Source of the DNA: the human T2T-CHM13v2.0 reference genome, Homo sapiens
DNA: 64,000 bases
Reading direction: 5' to 3' (one strand)
NCBI RefSeq assembly: GCF_009914755.1
Contig: NC_060930.1
Shown in pieces: positions 1 to 12,200 of this stretch. Position 1 is the stretch's first letter; each line of letters starts with the position of its first letter. Under the pieces are notes generated by a model, which saw nothing but the letters and a program-made list of their open reading frames with translations, was not told the origin of the DNA and searched no databases. A program made the translations under genes and the position numbers.

Positions 1-573
1 ATATTCTGTTGATTTGGGGTGGAGAGTTCTGTAGATGTCTATTAGGTCCGCTTGGTGCAGAGCTGAGTTCAATTCCTGGGTATCCTTGTTGACTTTCTGT
101 CTCGTTGATCTGTCTAATGTTGACAGTGGGGTGTTAAAGTCTCCCATTATTAATGTGTGGGAGTCTAAGTCTCTTTGTAGGTCACTCAGGACTTGCTTTA
201 TGAATCTGGGTGCTCCTGTATTGGGTGCATATATATTTAGGATAGTTAGCTCTTCTTGTTGAATTGATCCCTTTACCATGATGTAATGGCCTTCTTTGTC
301 TCTTTTGATCTTTGTTGGTTTAAAGTCTGTTTTATCAGAGACTAGGATTGCAACCCCTGCCTTTTTTTGTTTTCCATTTGCTTGGTAGTTCTTCCTCCAT
401 CCTTTTATTTTGAGCCTATGTGTGTCTCTGCACGTGAGATGTGTTTCCTGAATACAGCACACTGATGGATCTTGACTCTTTATCCAATTTGCCAGTCTGT
501 GTCTTTTAATTGGAGAATTTAGTCCATTTACATTTAAAGTTAATAATGTTATGTGTGAATTTGATCCTGTCAT
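1..573 (-). CDS. ORF2: L1 ORF2p N-terminus (APE-type endonuclease domain), partial, open to the window edge
   Basis: Manual translation from ATG at 573 gives MTGSNSHITLLTLNVNGLN...CCIQETHL...NIYAPN...IMGDFNTPLS...PKSTEY, 191 codons without a stop; N14, E43, Y115, D145 and N147 present. Confidence 0.9.
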   Translation of the reverse strand, partial: MTGSNSHITLLTLNVNGLNSPIKRHRLANWIKSQDPSVCCIQETHLTCRDTHRLKIKGWRKNYQANGKQKKAGVAILVSDKTDFKPTKIKRDKEGHYIMVKGSIQQEELTILNIYAPNTGAPRFIKQVLSDLQRDLDSHTLIMGDFNTPLSTLDRSTRQKVNKDTQELNSALHQADLIDIYRTLHPKSTEY

Positions 574-636
574 TATGATGTTAGCTGGTGATTTTGCTCG
601 TTAGTTGATGCAGTTTCTTCCTAGTCTCGATGGTCT

Positions 637-1653
637 TTACATTTTGGCATGATTTTGCAGCGGCTGGTACCGGTTGTTCCTTTCCATGTTTAGCGCTTCC
701 TTCAGGAGCTCTTTTAGGGCAGGCCTGGTGGTGACAAAAACTCTCAGCATTTGCTTGTATGTAAAGTATTTTATTTCTCCTTCACTTATGAAGCTTAGTT
801 TGGCTGGATATGAAATTCTGGGTTGAAAATTCTTTTCTTTAAGAATGTTGAATATTGGCCCCCACTCTCTTCTGGCTTGTAGGGTTTCTGCCGAGAGATC
901 CGCTGTTAGTCTGATGGGCTTTCCTTTGAGGGTAACCCGACCTTTCTCTCTGGCTGCCCTTAACATTTTTTCCTTCATTTCAACTTTGGTGAATCTGACA
1001 ATTATGTGTCTTGGAGTTGCTCTTCTCGAGGAGTATCTTTGTGGTGTTCTCTGTATTTCCTGAATCTGAACGTTGGCCTGCCTTGCTAGATTGGGGAAGT
1101 TCTCCTGGATAATATCCTGCAGAGTGTTTTCCAACTTGGTTCCATTCTCCCCATCACTTTCAGGTACACCAATCAGACGTAGATTTGGTCTTTTCACATA
1201 GTCCCATATTTCTTGGAGGCTTTGCTCATTTCTTTTTATTCTTTTTTCTCTAAACTTCCCTTCTCACTTCATTTCATTCATTTCATCTTCCATTGCTGAT
1301 ACCCTTTCTTCCAGTTGATCGCATCGGCTCCCGAGGCTTCTGCATTCTTCACGTAGTTCTCGAGCCTTGGTTTTCAGCTCCATCAGCTCCTTTAAGCACT
1401 TCTCTGTATTGGTTATTCTAGTTATACATTCTTCTAAATTTTTTTCAAAGTTTTCAACTTCTTTGCCTTTGGTTTGAATGTCCTCCCGTAGCTCAGAGTA
1501 ATTTGATCGTCTGAAGCCTTCTTCTCTCAGCTCGTCAAAATCATTCTCCATCCAGCTTTGTTCCGTTGCTGGTGAGGAACTGCGTTCCTTTGGAGGAGGA
1601 GAGACACTCTGCGTTTTAGAGTTTCCAGTTTTTCTGTTCTGTTTTTTCCCCAT
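637..1653 (-). pseudogene. ORF1: L1 ORF1p (RNA-binding chaperone) with premature stop at codon 130
   Basis: ORFs 1264..1653 (MGKKQNRKTG...EMNEMK) and 637..1197 (KRPNLRLIGVPE...QNHAKM) are in one frame, separated by TGA at 1264-1266 (consensus CGA, a CpG transition). Confidence 0.95.
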
Positions 1654-2556
1654 CTTTGTGGTTTTATCTACTTTTGGTCTTTGATGATGGTGATGTACAG
1701 ATGAGTTTTCGGTGTGGATGTCCTTTCTGTTTGTTAGTTTTCCTTCTAACAGACAGCACCCTCAGCTGCAGGTCTGTTGGAGTACCCTGCCATGTGAGGT
1801 GTCAGTGTGCCCCTGCTGGGGGGTGCCTCCCAGTTAGGCTGCTCGGGGGTCAGGGGTCAGGGACCCACTTGAGGAGGCAGTCTGCCGGTTCTCAGATCTC
1901 CAGCTGTGTGCTGGGAGAACCACTGCTCTCTTCAAAGCTGTCAGACAGGGACATTTAAGTCTGCAGAGGTTACTGCTGTCTTTTTGTTTGTCTGTGACCT
2001 GCCCCCAGAGGTGGGGCCTACAGTGGCAGGCAGGCCTCCTTGAGCTGTGGTGGGCTCCACCCAGTTCGAACTTCCCGGCTGCTTTGTTTACCTAAGCAAG
2101 CCTGGGCAATGGCGGGCGCCCCTCCCCCAGCCTAGCTGCCGCCTTGCAGTTTGATCTCAGACTGCTGTGCTAGCAATCAGTGAGACTCCGTGGGCGTAGG
2201 ACCCTCCGAGCCAGGTGTGGGATATAGTCTCCTGGTGCGCCGTTTTTTAAGCCGGTCTGAAAAGCGCAATATTCGGGTGGGAGTGACCCGATTTTCCAGG
2301 TGCGTCCGTCACCCCTTTCTTTGACTCGGAAAGGGAACTCCCTGGCCCCTTGCGCTTCCCAGGTGAGGCAATGCCTCGCCCTGCTTCGGCTCGCGCACGG
2401 TGCGCACACCCACTGGCCTGCACTCACTGTCTGGCACTCCCTAGTGAGATGCACCCGGTACCTCAGATGGAAATGCAGAAATCACCCGTCTTCTACAGCT
2501 CACCCTGGGAGCTGTAGACCGGAGCTGTTCCTATTCGGCCACCTTGGCTCCTCCCC
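1654..2556 (-). promoter_or_regulatory. L1 5'UTR: CpG-rich internal sense promoter plus antisense promoter pointing into the window (+ strand)
   Basis: Complete L1 5'UTR with many retained CpGs at ~2060-2540. Promoter function is established knowledge of L1, not shown by the sequence. Confidence 0.85.
2109..2323 (+). pseudogene. ORF0: L1 ORF0 (antisense ORF), disrupted
   Basis: ATG GCG GGC GCC CCT CCC CCA GCC TAG: stop at 2133-2135 (consensus TCG) and a second in-frame TGA at 2181-2183. Confidence 0.8.
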
Positions 2557-3809
2557 TTGCTACCAAATTATTACTAAGCCTCCTACAAAGCAAGGTCTCC
2601 ACTACTCCTTTGCTCAAGCATGGTGACTCTAACCTTTGCATTCATGGATGTGGCTGGCAGGATGCCCCGTGGGCTCAAACCATTTCCATAAAGTACACGT
2701 GCAAAGCCCCTGCTGAGAGACACCAGGAACATCTTTCAAGGCTCTCAGCTCCAGCTTCTTCTTTCAAAATGCACAAGGTACAGTTTCTGCTGCCCACGTG
2801 GTCACTGGAGGGTGTTAATTCTCCGACCCAGCCATTCCTTCCAGAGCAGGCACGGTATCCTGTCCACCCTGTCCCTATAATGCCCAACACCATCTAGGCG
2901 TGTAGCTGGTACCCAATACTTGCTGATGGAGGGAGCAGTCCCTGGGCCCACGCTGGCAGCGGTGAGCTCCGTCTCTTACTTCCTGAGGGATGCCTGGGCT
3001 GCCTGGATGGAGATGAAGACCTGTCTGCTGGCCAGTCTGGCAGTGGCCCGGGAGGGAAGGTCATGATGACCTGTCTCCTCTACAGCTTCCAGGCCTCGCC
3101 TTTGCTTGTTTTCTGGGAGCCTCGGTGTCTGCCCACAATGGCATGGCTCCTTCAAGCTGCCCAGATTCTTGGCCTGGTGTGTGGGCCGCACGGCTTGTTT
3201 CCATGGTGAGCATGGCAGGGGTGGCTGGCACCCCCAGGCTGACAAGCATTCCTCCCAGGTCTCTCTGAGCAGAGCTTGTGCCAGCCACTCTGTTCCCAAA
3301 GGGGGTTTTCTGATGTGGGGGGTGGTCACCTCAAAATTGGCTGTGCTTTGAGCTAGAGTGAACAAATAGAAGACATTTGTATCCATTCCTTTCTCTGACA
3401 TCCTCATTTGGTCCTAAATGGGTTTGGGATGCCTACAGGAAATATCGCTTTTGGGAGGGAGCTTGGACATCATCTGGCCTGACCCCCTTCACCCTGCAAA
3501 TGGATCTCGGAAGGTCACAAAGGGCAAGAGACGGGCTCAGGGCACAGAACAGATGCAGCACTGAGCTGGGAGGAATCCTCATGTCTCCTGAAGCCTGTGT
3601 TCTTTCTGCTATAGCGCGTCTTGGCTCTCTGGAGTGAGTTACCCAGTGTTACTTCTACCCTAGGAAGGTGAGGTGTGGCGCGTTGGGACTGCCTGGAGCT
3701 GTCAGGCCACACGCTCATGCACATGCATGTATGCACAGTGGGAGTGGATACAAAATTTAAAATAAAAAACAATTTTAGTTTGTCTAAACCACGGGTTGGG
3801 GTGAGGGGT

Positions 3810-4283
<474 letters not shown>

Positions 4284-5802
4284 ACTTGATGACCTGTCTG
4301 ATTGTTCACCCAGTAATGGTTGGCAGTCTTCCTAGGACATTCAAGACTCCCTCTTTATAGGTAGATCTGGTTGGCTTCATAGGCTCAGACTCTGAAATGC
4401 AGAATTGGCAGCTTTCTTCCTTCGTCTGTCAGATGCCTATGGCTTTTCTAAGTTTCTTGCTGTTGCTGAATTTTTCTCTCCTCAGGATAAATCAAGCAGT
4501 GGAATCCTTTGTCAGGTGAATTAGGGAGCCGAGGCTGGTGATGGACATTTACTGCTGGTACCCACGGTAGGGCAGGGAGGCAGGGACACTGTTGCCTGAG
4601 GTGTCCTGCAAATAAATGACTCGGCTGGGGCTAACCAGAGTTGAAGGCTGAGAACAGACAGCTGCCAAGAGTGTGACAGGGAAAATGTCTTTCCCGTCAA
4701 AGAAAAACATAAAGATGCTTGCAATCTGAGTATTTCTGTTTCCTCCCCTCCACGACAGGCTTCTCAACTAGTTCCTGTCTAGCCAGGCTGCTCATTTCTT
4801 TATAGTCACTGAACCAGAATAACCACAGATCAAGCCGGAAGCACATGATAACCCGCTGAACTCCGCACAGCCCTGGCTGGGCTTCTCTGAGTGAACAAAC
4901 GCTGCCCTGGTCTCCGCAGCTGTGAAATATCCAGTGAGCATCCAGCTGCGGGTTAGTTACTTCCACAGTCAGAGAAGGAAAGAAGAAAATAAGAGTGACA
5001 GATGCACAGAACCACGGACATTCGAGACTGTCATAGCTGTTCACAGTTGTTGAAGATTTACAGGCAAGCCGTTTGGAGTTTAAATGTGAGATGACACCAG
5101 GGGCCTCTAATGTACAGTGGAGCTTTAAGCATGATATGGGGGCAGAAAATGGTCTGGGAACCCCCTTCTCTGAGATCTTAGAAGTTCTGTTCTATTGACT
5201 CCAGGCAGGGCTGCAGCCACGGTGCACTTCATGGACTCATAAATATAACATTATTGGACAAAAAAACCCCAATCCTTCTCTGACTGATTAGGCCCAGATT
5301 GGTCAGCCCATAAATCAATGCTGAATAAGAACTATAAAGTTGTGAATCAATGTGTCCCAGATCTCCAAACTGGAATGAAAAAACAGGAATAAAATAGCTG
5401 GAGCTCTTCCAAGATCCTTCTTTTCATCCCCCTCCTCCCACCGCCCCATATGCTAGTATGCTAATTTTAAAAGGCTTCTCTTTTCCGCTCCTTGGCCTGG
5501 CTGTGGACAGCATTTCAGGGCAGGAAATTCGGTCTAGAAGTGTGGCTGAGGAAACAAGAGGCTGTTCTGTTGCATTTCTGTTCAGGACTGATCTGTAGCT
5601 CTGTCGTGTATCCTTGGTCATGTATCCTTGGCCAGGGTCTCCACCTGTGGCCGAGAAGTGATGGCATTTGTTGTCTGTGTCACAGATACAGGAAGGGAAC
5701 AAGAGTGATCAGGTCATGTGTGGTCCATGAATGGTTTTTTAGGTCCAAGCAGTTTAAGGGCTCTGAGTCCCTGCATTGAAATATTAAATATAATAATGGA
5801 TT

Positions 5803-6104
<302 letters not shown>

Positions 6105-7418
6105 TTAGAACTGCACATGAGGTTTAGAAATGCCACCTGGTCATCCCTGTTGGACATGGTTACCCTCTTTGGATCTGGGAGCTGAGGGTATCTGCTGTGA
6201 ATGTTGTCCACGTGTACTTGGAGGGCATTCCCTGTCCTTATTCCTCTGGAGTTCCAAAGCAAAGTTTGTTTTCTGAATCCCCCTTCTCTACCACTCTCCT
6301 CTCCAAAACACACCCTCAGGGTACTCTTTCCCCTCCTTTTGACAGCTCATTTCAGGGACACACTGTGTACATGTACCTGCCCCTCATAAGGGCTCGTTGT
6401 TAGGGGCCTGCTCTCCTGGGCTGGGAGCTCTCACTATTTCCTGGTCACCCCGACGCTGAGCTTCCCTGCTATCTTCTCCCCTTTGGGGAGGACACACACA
6501 TGGCCCCACGCAAATATTCTGTGCTGGTGGCCTCCTGGTTTTCCCCAAACACAGACTATAAAGACTGGAAGGAACCGCAGGCTCACCCAGTTCCACCTGC
6601 TCATTTGGGGAAACTGAGGGGTGCCAACTTACCTAAGGTAGAACTCACACATCTTTCCACCCATTTCACTTTATCCTGGTATAAACCTGAGCTGACTGCA
6701 TTCTTGTTCTTTCCCCCTGTAAAGAAATAAAGTCCCATTTAGGTTTTCCCAAAGCACTGTCTCTGTACAGTTGGCTGTTTCCTGTGGACATTTTCATTTT
6801 CTCCTGTGTTTTTCTCTCTCTTTGCTGTGACTTACAAGACCATGAACACATAAGCACAGGACCCCAGAGGAAAAGTTCTCTCTTTCAGTGTGTGCCTCCA
6901 GGAGGAATGAGACTACCGGCAGTGATGTTTGACTGATGAGCACCATTGTGGTGCTTTACCACTAGCGGTCACAGAAACCTTGCAGAATGTGTCTAGGGAA
7001 GTGGATTTTGTAGGGTTGGCTAAATTTGTACCACCCACAGCACAATAGCAGCACTGTACAGAAAAGGTGGCTTTGAAACAGGTTCAGTTTTACATTACTG
7101 TGAGGTACAAAATCAGGTGAAGGACCATTTCTATAGCTTAAGAATTTATATTTTTCCTCTTAGACCTGAAACTTTATTCATCCTGGGTCTTCTACCTTTA
7201 AAAAATTGAGACATTATTTCTCCCCATTTTCTGGGAAGACAATCCACCCTCAAAATTAGCTGTAAGAAATAATGTGATCATCAACAAAGTAAAAAGGTAA
7301 CTCTCAGAATGCGAGCAGATATGTATAAATCATGCATCTGATAAGGGATTAATATCCAGCATATATAAAGAACTAAAATTCAAAAACAAAGAGCCTAATT
7401 TAAAAATGGGCATTTCTG

Positions 7419-7775
<357 letters not shown>

Positions 7776-8022
7776 TCAACATCACCAAACATTAGGGAAA
7801 CGCAAATCAAAACCGTAATGAGGTAACACTCACACCAAATAGGATGGCTACTATCAAAACACCATAGCAAAAAGCAAGTATTAATGAGGATACACAGGAT
7901 TTGGAACTCTTGTGCCCTGTTGGTGGGAATGTAAAATGGTACAGCTACTGTGGAAAACAGTATGATGATTCTTCAAAAAATTAAGAATAGAATTACCATA
8001 GGATTCAGCAATTTTGCATCTA

Positions 8023-8101
8023 TAGGTTGGTGCAAAAGTAATTGCGATTGTTGCCATTAAAAGAAATAGCAAAATCCACGATTACTTTTGCACCAACCTA
8101 A
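8023..8101. mobile_element. MADE1 (Hsmar1-derived MITE, miR-548 source family)
   Basis: TAGGTTGGTGCAAAAGTAAT...ATTACTTTTGCACCAACCTA perfect 20-bp inverted ends, ~80 bp, flanked by TA. Confidence 0.93.
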
Positions 8102-8939
8102 TAGGTCTATACCAAAAAGAATTGAAAGAAAGATCTCAAAGAGATATTTGTACACTTATGTTCATAGCAGCATTGTTCATGATAGCTAAAATGCAGACAC
8201 AACCCAAGTGTTCCTCTACAGAAGAATGAATAAACAAAATGGTATGTACATTCAATGGAAAATTATTCAGCCTTAAAAAGGAAGGAAATTCTCACACAGG
8301 ATACAACATGGATGAACCTTGAGGACATTATGCTAAGTTAAATAAGACAGTCACAAAAAGACAAATACTGTATGATTCCACTTATATGAGGTAATTATTT
8401 GAGTATAAAATTACTAGATCTAATCTAAATCTGCCAATTACTATTCAAAATAATAGAGATGGTGGTTGCCAGGGGATGGGGGCAATTGAGAGTTATTGTT
8501 TAATGGGTAAATAATTCCAATTTTACAAGATGGAAAAAGTTCTGAAGATGGGTGGTGGTGATATTTATACAACATTATGAATGAAGGTATTAAAACCACT
8601 GGAACTATACACCCTGAAAAATCTTTAAGAGGTTAAATTTTAAGTTATGTGTATTTTATCAAAATAAAAAATTGGAAACAATATTGTAAAGTTTTAATAA
8701 TCTAAAGAAAATTCTTCCTTTAGGGTGTTATTCCCAAAAACGTGGTGTTGGTGTTCTAAATATCTAGGATATTATTTTTATAATTTTAAAACATGCAATC
8801 ATACTGCTGGGACATGACTCTTTAAACAGCAGATCTTTGAGTGAATGTGAATGTGATAAACTCTGCTTTCTAGAGAATCCTTTTTAACCACTTAATGCCT
8901 CTTTTAGCTACTAGGTCTAAGAATCTATAGAGAGGGGAT

Positions 8940-9400
8940 ATGGCAGAGTGTAGAAATGACCCTAATTATTCATCCCTCCTGTATCTATGTCCTTCACCAT
9001 ACACATCTGTATTGCTGTCCAATGCTGTTTCTGAGCCTAATCATGGACCTGTTTTGGCCAACAAGGTAAAGTGTAAGTATCAGTTCCACATATAGAACTT
9101 CAGAGACTGTGTGTGTTTCCTTTTGCTGTCTTGTGTATCTGCCATTGCCATGACAACACGCTCAAGCTAGCCGGCTGGAGGAAGAGAAACTGAGCAGCAG
9201 AGCTGAGCCATCTCTGTTGCTCCAGTCAAAGCCAGTCTAGATCAGCCAACTGCCAGCCGACTCTCACACATATGAGTAAGCCCAGCCAAAATTAGCAGAG
9301 CCACTTAGCTGACCTCCAGCTGACCCTAGATGTTTACTGTTGCATGTCCCTGAGGTTTTTTTACTGCGAGGGAGCATTATTGTGGAAGTAGATGACTGAT
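8940..9400 (+). mobile_element. MaLR LTR (MLT1G/H-like)
   Basis: MLT1-like motifs CTAGATCAGCCAACTGCCAGCCGAC, GAGTAAGCCCAGCCAAAATTAGCAGAGCC, and a GCATTATTGTGG..TGACTGAT end. Confidence 0.6.
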
Positions 9401-9489
9401 TTAGGGAATTGCCTCATATGCTTTTTTTTTTTTTTTAATCACTCCTTTTCCCCTTGTTTCAATCAACTTGTCACAAATACATCTGAACA

Positions 9490-10263
<774 letters not shown>

Positions 10264-10939
10264 TAGAGCCTATTTTATCCTTATTTGAAGAAACTGCTTA
10301 GAACAAATAAAGATATTTCACATAAAATATCATTGTGAATTACTATGCAAGTACATTAATCCATACATAAAAGAACAATGACTTCCATGCATTTATGTCG
10401 GTTTATATTTTTGAAAGTTTACAGTATTCCTAATAGATTCCCCTCAATACACATTTGATTAGTACCCCATGTCCATTCTGTATTGGGGGAAACTGAGGCA
10501 AGGAAAGGTTTAACTTTGTCCAAAGTAAAACAACCTGTTAGTCAAAGAGATTGGTGGGGGGGACTTGAAAATGGGTTATTCAGGATTCCTGAGGAAGGAT
10601 TGGATGTGTGTCTCAATTAGACCTAACTATAATGATTGAACTTCTGTACTTTGGACTGTGACCAGCCTTTACTCAGCGAGACCAAAGACACTGAGTCTTT
10701 TTGACTCTGAATGGACCAACCAAGACAGAAAGTCACCACAGTCCAGGACAGTCTTGTTTATAGGAAGAGAGAAAAGGAATAAAGGGTAACTTGTTGCCTT
10801 TTGTGCCCACAAAATTGTCTGCTCTCTCCTTTCTGCTCTAAAGTGGAGTGAAGTCAATTGGTTATAAGTCTGTCTCCCCAGAGCTTTCTGGTGGCCTCCT
10901 CAAGAGCATGACTAGATGTTTTTGTTTATATATCCCTGG

Positions 10940-11113
10940 CAGACCAGTGGGTACAGTTGTGCAGGTTGGTCACTGCCCAAGGGTACCAGGCTGAGGAGTG
11001 AGTGAAATCCACACTTATCAAGCAGTAGGGCCAATGGGATTATTCTACATCAAGAGGAAGGGCTTTTTTTTCTAATTTGCACACAGGTCCTCTATGGTAC
11101 AGCGGGAACCCTG
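10940..11113. mobile_element. MER91-like hAT-Tip100 MITE
   Basis: CAGTTGTGCAGGTTGGTCACTGCCCAAGGG...TTTTTCTAATTTGCACA...CAGCGGGAACCCTG resembles MER91A. Confidence 0.5.
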
Positions 11114-11344
11114 GTCCTTGATGCCCAGAGCAGAGTACAAGAGGCTTATTTGACGGTGAATAACCTCTCAGATGACTGCTTCTTTTTTGAAGCTCAGTTT
11201 AATCAGGTTTTAGTAGCAATAAAGTGTTTCTCAGGTGGGAGCTGGTGAGTGTGACAGACACTTAAATTTTTTCTCGCAAGTTGCCACAGAATATTCACAG
11301 AAGTGAATCAGCAGTTTCAAAGTTAAGAGAAGAGAAAAATAATA

Positions 11345-11545
11345 AACAGCTACCATTTATTAAGCAATTATGTGTCAGATTTATACTTATTATCTCATAT
11401 AATCCTTACAGCAAAACTGTAAGGTAGGTTCCATAATACCCCCATTTGAAATATAAGGAAATGGGTTCCAAACTGCTCAAAGTCATATAGGTGGCAAGTA
11501 ACAAAGTTTGGATTTGAGCCCAGGCTTGTTTGATTTTAAGCTCTT
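11345..11545. mobile_element. MIR
   Basis: CCATTTATTAAGC..AATCCTTACAGCAAAACTGTAAGGTAGG..CCCCATTT..GGATTTGAGCCCAGG MIR pattern. Confidence 0.65.
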
Positions 11546-11597
11546 TGTTCTTTGTCATGCATTTTCCTAAACTGTAAATTATTTGTCATTAGTGCAG

Positions 11598-11980
11598 GTG
11601 TAGCAAAGACACTGGTATTCACCAGTTGTTCCATTGACTCCCCTACATTTTTCACTCTTGCTTGTAATTATGTTGGGGCTATATGATTGGGTGCTTCCAA
11701 TAGAATATAGGTGGGAATGATGTCCAACCACTCCCAGGCATGACATTTAATAAAATTCTTGGCAAACCATCACTCCTCTCTTCCTCTGCTACAATGACTC
11801 TGGAAACCAGATGTTCAGATGTTGGCATCTCCAGATGGGTGGAGTCTGGATCCCTGAATCACTGCATGGAGGAGAATTGCCCTGAGGAGCCACTCAATTT
11901 ACACCTGACTTTACATGAATGAAAAATGAGTCTTGTATTTATTGAAGAATAATGTAGCCTAGCCTAACTGATATAGCAGA
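11598..11980 (+). mobile_element. MaLR LTR (MLT1I/J-like)
   Basis: GGATCCCTGAATCACTGCATGGAGGAGAATTGCCC; ends GTAGCCTAGCCTAACTGATATA. Confidence 0.55.
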
Positions 11981-12039
11981 AGTAGTAAGAATACTTTTAT
12001 ATATTTATGTTATACAATTGTTTATACTGCACAGAATAC

Positions 12040-12200
12040 TTTATTGATTCTCATAAAAATTATGAGAGATAAACAGGGATTATAAGCCCCATTTTATAGG
12101 AGAGGAAATCGAGGCTTAGAGAAGTGAAATGATTTTCTCAAGACCACACAGTTGGTAGGTGGTCAAACCAAGGTTAGGATCTTGGTATTTTTCCCACACT
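12040..12200. mobile_element. MIR
   Basis: CCCCATTTTATAGGAGAGGAAATCGAGGCTTAGAGAAGTGAAATGA MIR core. Confidence 0.65.

Larger units (their letters stand above)
1..2556 (-). mobile_element. LINE-1 (L1PA2-like), 5' part: 5'UTR, ORF1, start of ORF2; continues past the left edge
   Basis: Minus strand starts GGGGAGGAGCCAAGGTGGCCGAATAGGAACAGCTCC (L1 5' terminus) at 2556. 5'UTR ~903 nt, so it lacks the 129-bp segment of older L1PA. ORF1 reads SDGENG/TADLS as in L1PA2/3 rather than L1HS-Ta. Confidence 0.97.

Noticed and set aside
5607-5634. Two GTATCCTT motifs resembling U12-type 5' splice sites
   Set aside because: Explained by a 14-nt tandem duplication; no exon context.
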